Origin: an uncultured Bacilli bacterium
GTDB lineage: Bacteria; Bacillota_I; Bacilli_A; RFN20; CAG-449
Reading direction: 5' to 3'
DNA length: 52,641 nucleotides
NCBI GenBank assembly: GCA_947627505.1
Contig: CANQWG010000005.1
Location: 1-52,641, forward strand
Shown here: positions 1 through 7,821 of the stretch, piece after piece
How positions within the stretch are numbered: the first letter of the stretch is position 1
Layout: each line of letters starts with the position of its first letter
Position numbers and translations under genes: made by a program
Notes under the pieces: generated by a model
Told to the model about the DNA's origin: nothing
The model's input: only the letters and a program-made list of their open reading frames with translations
Databases searched by the model: none

Positions 1-20
1 TAGTAAAATTATATCATATT

Positions 21-49
21 AAAAAAACAAGGATGAAGTCCTTGTTCTT
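21..49 (-). terminator. Intrinsic terminator downstream of 93..1226
   Basis: AACAAGGA-tgaag-TCCTTGTT hairpin with an A-run on + (U-run on -). Confidence 0.6.
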
Positions 50-92
50 ATCGATTGTTAAATCGATTTTGTTCTTTACATCATCTCATATT

Positions 93-1226
93 TTAAGATT
101 TTTTTAGTTGTTTAATTTTTATAATTAGAGTTACGATACCATAGACAATCATCAATATCGGAAGCAAGAAAACTATAATTGAACATTGCTTGATTTCAAG
201 AAGCGCTTGAATTAAGAAATAAAGCAATACTGTGATTGAAAAGATAAAAGGCAAGGCCATTGTGACGATGTTAATAACGCTGCGTCGCCTGGAATTCTTT
301 ATAAATACTAAAGAAAATTCTAAAATTAAGTCAATCAAAGGAATCAATAAAAAGAACACTTCCGGGCCACTAAAATATGAATAGTTGATATTGTTTGAAT
401 TATAATCTTTTACTACTGTAAATGGTATTATGGCTAGAATAAAAGTCAAAATGCATGTAATAAAGGATAGTAAAAAATTAATGGGTTTGGCGGCTTTGAG
501 TCGATTGAAAAAGTTAATTAAATGTTCATGGATCATTTTGTTTTGTATAAAGCAACTAGCTACAAGTGAAACAAAATAAAGAATCGCATAAATCCAAGAA
601 CCAGACAAGAGATAGGGTATTAAAGGAATATAAAATAATATGATAAATAAGAAAGCGAATAAAAAGCGAATTGATTGTTTGATAAGGAATAAAGTCAATA
701 AGGCTTTATCACTTTTAATCAAAAAACTTAATCCATCGAAACAGACAAATATCAAAGGAATTAAAAACAGTTGAATATTAATTGAAAGAATATTATTGGC
801 AAAAATAAAATCCCACCCATCGATTAGAAGGTAAACTCTATTGCCGTCATCAAGTCTTTCAGGAATTTTAATAAAATCGATAAAGAAAATCGCAATGCAC
901 AGCAATAAAAATGTTCCGTCTATAATTAAGTGAGACAAATTAAATTTTAAAGTTTCTGATTTTTTAGAATCCTTATTAGCATTTGAGGAATCTGTTGTTT
1001 TTATTGATTTGCTTTTGTTTTTTTCACCTTTCAATATTTCATCTATAGAGACATTAAAAATAATGGATAAATTTTCTAAAGATTGAACATCCGGCAAATT
1101 TTCTCCGTTTTCCCATTTGGAGATTGCTTGAAATGATATATTAAGCAAATCACCTAATTCTGCTTGTGTAAGACCTTTTTCCTTTCGCAGTTCTTGAATA
1201 ATGGAAGCTATTTTTGTTCTGTCCAT
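93..1226 (-). CDS. XRE-family HTH regulator fused to a multi-pass membrane domain
   Basis: N-terminal LRKEKGLTQAELGDLLNISFQAISKWENGENLPD (HTH_3) followed by several hydrophobic helices; SD AGGAGG upstream. Confidence 0.85.
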   Translation of the reverse strand: MDRTKIASIIQELRKEKGLTQAELGDLLNISFQAISKWENGENLPDVQSLENLSIIFNVSIDEILKGEKNKSKSIKTTDSSNANKDSKKSETLKFNLSHLIIDGTFLLLCIAIFFIDFIKIPERLDDGNRVYLLIDGWDFIFANNILSINIQLFLIPLIFVCFDGLSFLIKSDKALLTLFLIKQSIRFLFAFLFIILFYIPLIPYLLSGSWIYAILYFVSLVASCFIQNKMIHEHLINFFNRLKAAKPINFLLSFITCILTFILAIIPFTVVKDYNSNNINYSYFSGPEVFFLLIPLIDLILEFSLVFIKNSRRRSVINIVTMALPFIFSITVLLYFLIQALLEIKQCSIIVFLLPILMIVYGIVTLIIKIKQLKKS

Positions 1227-1313
1227 AATGTTGACCTCCTAGTAATATGTTAATAGTATGAATGGAAAAAGGCGATAACTAGGTTCTTGAGATAATTCTA
1301 GTATAAATAGAAT

Positions 1314-2090
1314 TTAAGATTTTTTTGAAAATTTCTGCCCTTTATTTATTGCTTCTTGTTCCCATTTTGCAATTTCATCGGTTTCTAATTCTTTCAATAA
1401 GGTCAAATCACTTTTTGAAAGAATATAATTTGAAAAGAGATCAGGTCGCAAGCTTTTTGTCAATCGTAAAGATTGTTTCTTTCTCCATTTATTTATAGCT
1501 TTGTGATTTCCACAAAATAAAATATCAGGAATAGTCTTTCCTTCGAAATCGTAAGGGAAAGTATATTGAGGATATTCCAATAAACCTTCTGTAAATGATT
1601 CATCCTCTATTGATTCTTTAGCGATCGCACCATCTAAAAGTCTAATTATTGCGTCGCACATTGCCATTGTTGGAATCTCACCACCGGTCATAATAAAATC
1701 ACCTAAAGAGTAAAAATCAGTCACATAATCATTAACCCGTTCATCGATTCCTTCATAATGACCTGCGAGAAAGATTAAGTGTGCTTCATGGGATAAGTTT
1801 ATGGCATCTTGCTGTTTAAAAAGTTTTCCCCGTGGAGTTGTAAGAATTACTTTTGACTTTTCGTTTCGACACGATTTTAAAGCATCGACAATCGGTTGAC
1901 ATTGCATGATTAATCCGGCACCTCCACCGGTTGGATAATTGTCAACACGATGATGAGGATCTTTAGTATAATCACGAATATTAATCAGTTCGATTTCAAA
2001 TATTTCTTTGCTTAAGGCACGTTTAATAATAGAAGTATTTAAAAAAGATTCAAAAAATTCGGGGAAAAGAGTAAGTATTGTGATTTTCAT
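1314..2090 (-). CDS. trmD: tRNA (guanine-N1)-methyltransferase
   Basis: ITILTLFPE, GHYEGIDERV, SLGDFIMTGGE, LLEYPQYT motifs. Confidence 0.97.
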   Translation of the reverse strand: MKITILTLFPEFFESFLNTSIIKRALSKEIFEIELINIRDYTKDPHHRVDNYPTGGGAGLIMQCQPIVDALKSCRNEKSKVILTTPRGKLFKQQDAINLSHEAHLIFLAGHYEGIDERVNDYVTDFYSLGDFIMTGGEIPTMAMCDAIIRLLDGAIAKESIEDESFTEGLLEYPQYTFPYDFEGKTIPDILFCGNHKAINKWRKKQSLRLTKSLRPDLFSNYILSKSDLTLLKELETDEIAKWEQEAINKGQKFSKKS

Positions 2091-2599
2091 TCTATCATCC
2101 CTTTAATTAAGTGAACACTGAGTCTTTTATTTTCAAGATCGACATTTTCAATAAATGCTTCTACGAATGGCAAAAGTAAATCTTTACCATTACTAAGCTC
2201 GATTCTTAATGTTTTTGACGCACTATATTCTTCAATGTCTTTTACATGCCCAATCAGTTTATCTTTTTCGTATACATTTAAACCGATGAGATCTTGATAG
2301 TAAAAATAGCCCTCTTCCAATGGTGGCAATTTATCGCGATCTGCTTGAATTAACCAACCTATAAAAGGAGTGATAGCTTCAAGAGTCGAAAATTCTTTAA
2401 ATGATACATAATCGAAGCCTTTATTTGAAGAATATTGGTTCACGGTAACTTCAATTCTTTGATTGGTCTTTTCGTTATACAAACTTAAAACATTTCCTTT
2501 TTTATAACGGATAGAAGCAAATTCGGTAGTTGAGTATACTTTGATCGTTCCGTCTAATCCACGAGGTTTTAATATTTTTCCTAAGGTTAAATAAGTCAT
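2087..2599 (-). CDS. rimM: 16S rRNA processing protein RimM
   Basis: LGKILKPRGLDGTIKV, EGYFYYQDLIGL, LLLPFVEAFI motifs; adjacent to trmD. Confidence 0.95.
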   Translation of the reverse strand: MTYLTLGKILKPRGLDGTIKVYSTTEFASIRYKKGNVLSLYNEKTNQRIEVTVNQYSSNKGFDYVSFKEFSTLEAITPFIGWLIQADRDKLPPLEEGYFYYQDLIGLNVYEKDKLIGHVKDIEEYSASKTLRIELSNGKDLLLPFVEAFIENVDLENKRLSVHLIKGMIE

Positions 2600-2621
2600 T
2601 ATCTTTCACCGCTTTTATTAT

Positions 2622-2652
2622 AAAAAAAAGATGTAGTTGTTTGCTACATCTT
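2622..2652 (-). terminator. Intrinsic terminator between khpA and rimM
   Basis: AAAGATGTAG-ttgtttg-CTACATCTTT hairpin with an A8 run on + (U-tail on -). Confidence 0.6.
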
Positions 2653-2750
2653 TAATTTAAATAAGTTAAGTCGTCTTTGCCAAATATTCATTACCGGATA
2701 TCTTTCAGTAATAGAATATTGTGTTTCCATTATCGCGAATTTGATCTTAA

Positions 2751-3017
2751 TTATATCGAATCGGTTTCTTCGCCAAAAGATTCAAATTTAAGATGAACAC
2801 GTTGATGATTATCTTTTGCGGCGATTGAAATCACTTCGCGCAAAGCGTCGGCAGTGATACCATGACGTCCGATTAAACGACCGGTATCTTCTGCTTCACA
2901 ACAAATGACAAAAGTTAAATCTTTGTCGGATTCACTCGGCATCTGACGGATCATAACCGCTTCGGAGTTACTGACTATAGGGTCAATAAACTTACGGATG
3001 ATGCTGATATAATCCAT
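2751..3017 (-). CDS. khpA: KH-domain RNA-binding protein (YlqC/KhpA)
   Basis: DTGRLIGRHG GxxG KH loop; position between rpsP and rimM. Confidence 0.85.
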   Translation of the reverse strand: MDYISIIRKFIDPIVSNSEAVMIRQMPSESDKDLTFVICCEAEDTGRLIGRHGITADALREVISIAAKDNHQRVHLKFESFGEETDSI

Positions 3018-3021
3018 TAAT

Positions 3022-3306
3022 TTATTCTCCTTTTTTGGACTTTACTTTGCTACTTGCAAATTCAGCGATAATGCCTTGTTTTGAAAGTAGGGATTTAACA
3101 GTTTCCGAAGGAAGAGCGCCATTGTTTAACCATTTTAAGATTTTTTCTCGGTCTAAAACACAAGCCTTTTCTCCTTCAAGATTTGGATCATAAAAACCAA
3201 CTTGCTCAATAATTCTTCCATCACGAGCAAAGCGGGAATCGCTGACTACGATACGATAAGTTGGATCCTTATGACGTCCGGTTCTTGTTAATCTAATTTT
3301 AACCAT
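3022..3306 (-). CDS. rpsP: 30S ribosomal protein S16
   Basis: MVKIRLTRTGRHKDPTYRIVVSDSRFARDGRIIEQVGFYDP. Confidence 0.98.
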   Translation of the reverse strand: MVKIRLTRTGRHKDPTYRIVVSDSRFARDGRIIEQVGFYDPNLEGEKACVLDREKILKWLNNGALPSETVKSLLSKQGIIAEFASSKVKSKKGE

Positions 3307-3332
3307 AATATTTTTCTCCTTTGAACAAGGTT

Positions 3333-3361
3333 ATATTACAGACAAAAAAAGGTGATGTCAA
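3333..3361 (-). promoter_or_regulatory. SigA-type promoter of the rpsP operon
   Basis: TTGACA-17 bp-TAATAT on the minus strand. Confidence 0.7.
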
Positions 3362-3436
3362 GTCTTTTAACTTAACATATTAAAATACTAGATAAATGTT
3401 ATTAAGTGATAAAAAGTTATAAATTTTAAACTATAC

Positions 3437-3465
3437 TTGAATTAAGAATGATTATTTGATATGCT
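3437..3465 (+). promoter_or_regulatory. SigA-type promoter of rplS
   Basis: TTGAAT-17 bp-TATGCT with TG extension. Confidence 0.6.
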
Positions 3466-3492
3466 AATTTAGCGTTTCAAATGAAATAGCCT

Positions 3493-3529
3493 CGATGGTC
3501 CGCTGTCAAGTCACGTGATAAGAACATCG
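3493..3529 (+). ncRNA. L19 ribosomal protein leader (cis-regulatory RNA)
   Basis: CGATGGTC-CGCTGT...TAA-GAACATCG stem with the CCGCUG core typical of Firmicutes L19 leaders, immediately 5' of the rplS SD. Confidence 0.8.
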
Positions 3530-3551
3530 CGAACAAAAGGAGTGTGTTAAA

Positions 3552-3899
3552 ATGAACAACAATTTAGTTGCGGAGATCACAAAGTCTCAAATCAGAAACG
3601 ATTTACCGAAATTTAACACCGGAGATACTATTAAAGTATCCGTCAAAATTATTGAAGGAGATAAATCTAGAATCCAAGTTTTCCAAGGTATTTGTGTCGC
3701 TCATCGTGGCTCAGGTGTTGGGGAAACTTTCATTGTTAGAAAATTTTCTTCAGGTGTTGGAGTAGAAAGAACGTTCCCACTTAATTCACCGTCAATTGCA
3801 AGCATTGAAGTTGTTAAACGCGGTAAAGTAAGACGTAAAAAGATCTTCTACATTCGTGAAAGATCAGGTAAATCTGCTAGAATTAAAGAAGTTTTGTAA
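3552..3899 (+). CDS. rplS: 50S ribosomal protein L19
   Basis: FNTGDTIKVSVKIIEGDKSRIQVFQG, GVGVERTFP, RGKVRRKKIFYIRERSGKSARIKE. Confidence 0.98.
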   Translation: MNNNLVAEITKSQIRNDLPKFNTGDTIKVSVKIIEGDKSRIQVFQGICVAHRGSGVGETFIVRKFSSGVGVERTFPLNSPSIASIEVVKRGKVRRKKIFYIRERSGKSARIKEVL

Positions 3900-3905
3900 A
3901 GTGAC

Positions 3906-3934
3906 AAAAGGTATTCCCACGGAATACCTTTTTT
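3906..3934 (+). terminator. Intrinsic terminator after rplS
   Basis: AAGGTATTCC-cac-GGAATACCTT followed by a T-run. Confidence 0.85.
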
Positions 3935-4224
3935 ATATGCAATAAGCATTTCATTTACCTACAGGAAAAAAATTAATTTTTTTGAATGTAGCGAGCAATC
4001 TAAGCCGAAAATTAATTTTGTAAAGAGCTTATATCTATCTTGTTAAATACCTTTTTAAAATATCAACAAATATTTTATAAATATAGTTAGTTTTAAATTT
4101 CTCATTTCTATTAAAAAAGGCACTTTTATTATAAATTGTAATTTTATTTTTGTTTGAAATAGTTTTTTTATTTGCTGCACTTACTTTTATAATTAACATT
4201 ATTTATTTCTATCTTTTTATCCAA

Positions 4225-4252
4225 TGTTCCTAAAATGTTAGTTATGTTGCTT
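4225..4252 (+). other. Bacillus-type dif-like site
   Basis: TGTTCCTAAAA-TGTTAG-TTATGTTGCTT resembles B. subtilis dif ACTTCCTAGAA-TATATA-TTATGTAAACT (11-6-11). Confidence 0.4.
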
Positions 4253-4259
4253 AAGTTTT

Positions 4260-4287
4260 ATATCCGATAATACTCGTTATCGGAGAC
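4260..4287 (+). repeat. dif-like palindromic site, copy 1
   Basis: ATATCCGATAA-TACTCG-TTATCGGAGAC. Confidence 0.7.
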
Positions 4288-4532
4288 AGATTGTAAAAAG
4301 TATATGAAATTTCATAATTATACTTTTGGAAAGAAAGGTGAAAACTTAAAGTAGTTTAATGAAATTTTAAATCAACTTTTTACTGATTTTGTCGACGAAA
4401 ATTAATAGTTTATTTAACTAAATATAAACTACATAATGGCAAGAAAGTATTTTGTAATAAAAAAAACATTCTAAAAAAACTATGAATTTGTGATATAAAT
4501 TTTGTAAAAAAGCGAATAAAAGTTTTATTAAA

Positions 4533-4557
4533 GAACAATTGTTCGCACAAAAGAACA
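4533..4557. promoter_or_regulatory. Overlapping operator-like palindromes upstream of the XRE gene
   Basis: GAAC-AATT-GTTC (Firmicutes LexA-box shape) overlapping TGTTC-N8-GAACA. Confidence 0.4.
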
Positions 4558-4612
4558 CTAAATTTTATGTATTATAAATTATAATATAAACAACAAAGAG
4601 AGGGTTGGCATA

Positions 4613-5212
4613 ATGGAATTTTCTGATAAATTAAAAGAATTAAGAAAAAATAAAGCTATCACACAAGAAGAATTAGCTAATAATGTTTTTGTATCACGTT
4701 CTGTTATTGCTAAATATGAAAGTGGGAATGCATTTCCGACAAAAGAAAATGCAGAAAAATTAGCTGTTTTTTTCAATGTAAAACTTAGTTATTTGATTGA
4801 TGAAGAAGAACATGTCAAAATGACATTAGCAGAGATAAAAACAAGAAAAACAATATCATATATCATTTCGATTATAGGAATATTAATAAATTCATTTTAT
4901 TTAATTATATGTTGGATTCCTATATTTTCTAAATTAGTTTATATTTATCCAATTCCTGAAGGCGCAAATAGGCCAATGACCCAATATGATTATAATAGTA
5001 TTATTAGTGCAACATTGAGTAATAATAACCCATTAGGAATTATTGTACTTATATTATGCATAATTGATTTGATATTATTTATTATTTTTTTGATTACAAC
5101 TAAGCATAAAAGAATTTCTTTAATTTTAGAATTTTTATCGATTGTTATATTGATTATTAATATTTTTCTAATCATTTTAACTTTTATTTTTTCTGCATCA
5201 TATGCACTATAA
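4613..5212 (+). CDS. XRE-family HTH regulator with three C-terminal TM helices
   Basis: LKELRKNKAITQEELANNVFVSRSVIAKYESGNAFP followed by hydrophobic segments. Confidence 0.85.
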   Translation: MEFSDKLKELRKNKAITQEELANNVFVSRSVIAKYESGNAFPTKENAEKLAVFFNVKLSYLIDEEEHVKMTLAEIKTRKTISYIISIIGILINSFYLIICWIPIFSKLVYIYPIPEGANRPMTQYDYNSIISATLSNNNPLGIIVLILCIIDLILFIIFLITTKHKRISLILEFLSIVILIINIFLIILTFIFSASYAL

Positions 5213-5249
5213 TTTATGATTATACATAAAGAAAGGTATGATATTTAAA

Positions 5250-5711
5250 ATGAGTAAAAAATTACTATTATTCTCTTTATTACTTCTGTGTTCTTGTAGT
5301 ATCAATAGTAGAAATGGCAATAGTATAATTGGCACAAATGATGCAAAAATAATGGGTATTAATTGTGAATTGTCATCAAAAGAAATGGATATGGAATTTC
5401 TTGTACATGATATTATTGAGCCAACAAATGCAAATATATATACTTTAAACATAAATACGCATTATACTATTTACATACACTTTGAAATTGGAGGTGGTAG
5501 TATACCACCTTCAATCCCAGTAGATAATTTACACATAGATTATAACGAAGAAGCGTTAAATATTGAAAGAATTAAAACTGATTACGAGGATGATAAATTT
5601 TTAAATTACATTACTTTCTATGATTTACTTATATGTGATCAGATAGAGTTGAGTCCAATTGTTTTTTCAATTAATGATGTTTCCTCATCCATAATATTAA
5701 GTACTTACTAG
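5250..5711 (+). CDS. Hypothetical lipoprotein (alternative start 5238)
   Basis: MSKKLLLFSLLLLCSC lipoprotein signal. Confidence 0.65.
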   Translation: MSKKLLLFSLLLLCSCSINSRNGNSIIGTNDAKIMGINCELSSKEMDMEFLVHDIIEPTNANIYTLNINTHYTIYIHFEIGGGSIPPSIPVDNLHIDYNEEALNIERIKTDYEDDKFLNYITFYDLLICDQIELSPIVFSINDVSSSIILSTY

Positions 5712-5725
5712 CTATTTATTTTTCT

Positions 5726-5753
5726 GTGTCTGATAAGACTAGTTATCGGAGTT
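5726..5753 (+). repeat. dif-like palindromic site, copy 2
   Basis: GTGTCTGATAA-GACTAG-TTATCGGAGTT, 14 bp after the upstream stop codon. Confidence 0.75.
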
Positions 5754-5958
5754 CAAATTATAACACTATAAAAAAAGTTAATACAATTTTTTATTTGATA
5801 ATTGGGGGGGAGGGGGGGAGGAGATACCAATGTATTAAATTAAAATTGAAGACTACACACTTATTTTAGTAATCATATAATTAGTGACATTTCTTTATTA
5901 AAAATAAAATACATGTTTTAAAATTTAGTTTTATTTCAATATACAAGGAGGAATTATC

Positions 5959-6429
5959 TTGAAAAAAACACTCGCTTTCTTGTTGTTCATACTGCTTCTT
6001 TGTAGTTGTAATATTGAAAAATATCCACTTAAGCCCGGAATATATGAATCTAAAGAAGTAACTGTAAATGATTATTTTTCCAAAGCCAAATACATGATAA
6101 GCGAAATAGATGAGCAAACATTTATTTCTGCAAATTTAATAAATGTTATTAAGGATGGAGGAACTTCTGGAAAAAAGCAAAAATATTATAGTTTTAATTT
6201 GTTTTTTTTCATAGATAGTATAGATGATTATCTTAACATTGAGACAAGAAATTTTGATTTCAAAAAAGATAGTTCATCTGTATATACAGCAACAATCGAA
6301 TATTATTCTGATGAGTTTTCAATATCCAAATCAGTCGTATTCGATAGTCATCTGAATACGATGTTTTGGCAAGAAGAGAAAAACAACACTACATTTGAAA
6401 TGCATTTAGTTTTTGAAATTATGCGTTAA
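5959..6429 (+). CDS. Hypothetical lipoprotein
   Basis: SD AAGGAGG, TTG start, MKKTLAFLLFILLLCSC lipobox. Confidence 0.75.
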   Translation: MKKTLAFLLFILLLCSCNIEKYPLKPGIYESKEVTVNDYFSKAKYMISEIDEQTFISANLINVIKDGGTSGKKQKYYSFNLFFFIDSIDDYLNIETRNFDFKKDSSSVYTATIEYYSDEFSISKSVVFDSHLNTMFWQEEKNNTTFEMHLVFEIMR

Positions 6430-6444
6430 GTAAGGAGAAAAGCA

Positions 6445-6558
6445 ATGAAAAAATAACTATATTTCTATTGAAATTAAATTTATCTGTTGTATCAAATTTA
6501 GAAATTAAAAATACGAATAAAAGTATAAATAGAGAAATATCCATGAAAATTATTTAGT
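6445..6558 (+). pseudogene. Possible decayed exported-protein gene
   Basis: SD AAGGAG + ATG AAA AAA TAA; one extra A in the A-run would give MKKITIFLL..., but that frame also stops early. Confidence 0.3.
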
Positions 6559-6750
6559 TTTTAACACTCAACACACTAATCCAAAAAGACTAAAAAATTA
6601 TATCAATATGAAAGTTGTATGGGTTTAGTGGATAAATAGTTGTTAATTCTTATATAAGAACTGCTAATATGAATTAAATGCCGAAACCAATTAAGACATA
6701 AGATTTTTTATCAGAATAAAAAGAATATTCAAAATAAAGAGGAGATTATA

Positions 6751-7356
6751 GTGAAAATAGGTAGGCTATTAATAATTGGAATCGTTTCATGCTTACTTTT
6801 TTCTTATGCTTATAATGGAGAAAAATCTGAGAACATCGAAATTGGAATTAATGGAAGAGATGATGAATTCTTTCATATGATTAGAACTTCCTGTCTAGCA
6901 GAAAAAAAGCAAAATAAAAATAATATTGAAATTAATGTAAGAGTAGGGCATTATGAATATTTTGCTAATGATTGGAATTCTAATAAATTTGGAACAAATT
7001 TAGGGTACGGATCATTTTCAGTCTTAAGAGACATACGCAATATCGATGGAACAGTGATTAATCGTTCGTACTATATTATTGAAGACTTTTTATCCAGTAA
7101 TTATGACTTCAAAAGATTTGATGATTCAGATGTAAATAAATATAGTGTTAATTTTAATTATTCTTTTGTCGATAAAGTCGATAAAATGGATATTGCCACA
7201 ATGGAAATTGGCGCTATTGTCTATTCTATAGGCATAGTTGACAATAATGAAGTAATTATTGAAAATATTGGATGTGTAGTGTACAAGTCTACTTTATATT
7301 TTAAAATCCAACAAGAGGCTTGTAACTTTTATATATATGAAAGAGAAATCTTTTAA
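6751..7356 (+). CDS. Hypothetical exported protein
   Basis: SD GAGGAG, GTG start, N-terminal signal; LLFSY may be a mutated LLFSC lipobox. Confidence 0.7.
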   Translation: MKIGRLLIIGIVSCLLFSYAYNGEKSENIEIGINGRDDEFFHMIRTSCLAEKKQNKNNIEINVRVGHYEYFANDWNSNKFGTNLGYGSFSVLRDIRNIDGTVINRSYYIIEDFLSSNYDFKRFDDSDVNKYSVNFNYSFVDKVDKMDIATMEIGAIVYSIGIVDNNEVIIENIGCVVYKSTLYFKIQQEACNFYIYEREIF

Positions 7357-7583
7357 TAATGTTATTTCGTTTCAGTTTGTTAGTATTAAAAAAATTAAAA
7401 ATGTTTTTGCAAATGGTTTAGCTCTATTGATTAGTTCTAATATTGAAAATGAGTTGACTAAAATATAATTAAGGAAATATTGTTGTGAAATTCAAAGTTG
7501 GAGATATCGTTTATCATGTTCCATTTACGAAAACATTATATGACTAATTGAAAGAATATTAGTGCAATCACAATGCTTATTTA

Positions 7584-7611
7584 ATGTCCGATAAGACTAG
7601 TTATCGGAGTT
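7584..7611 (+). repeat. dif-like palindromic site, copy 3
   Basis: ATGTCCGATAA-GACTAG-TTATCGGAGTT; spacer and right arm identical to copy 2. Confidence 0.75.
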
Positions 7612-7821
7612 CTAATGATTACCTAAAGTATACTTTTGATAAACTATTTATAATATTTTGTGGCAATAAAAAAAGCACTTTTGATAGGCGATAATTTACT
7701 TATTGAAGTGCTTTTTCGATTGAGATTAACATAAATTTTAAAATTGTAAAAATTTATGTTTACAATCATGCTCCATTTACATATAATATGAACAAAAAAT
7801 TTTTCAAAGGAGGAAAAAAAC

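Noticed and set aside
2683-2720. Imperfect hairpin AATATTC-ATTAC...GTAAT-A-GAATATT after khpA
   Set aside because: AT-rich and weak, with no recognisable RNA family
4260-7611. The three palindromic repeats as a CRISPR array, classical attC sites or terminators
   Set aside because: Spacing is 1.5-1.9 kb with whole genes in between and no cas genes; there are no RYYYAAC/GTTRRRY ends; there are no U-tails
7670-7716. Inverted repeat AAAAAGCACTT...AAGTGCTTTTT as a fourth dif-like site
   Set aside because: The internal GCGATAA-TTTAC-TTATTG has a 5-bp spacer and poor arms; more likely a terminator-like hairpin
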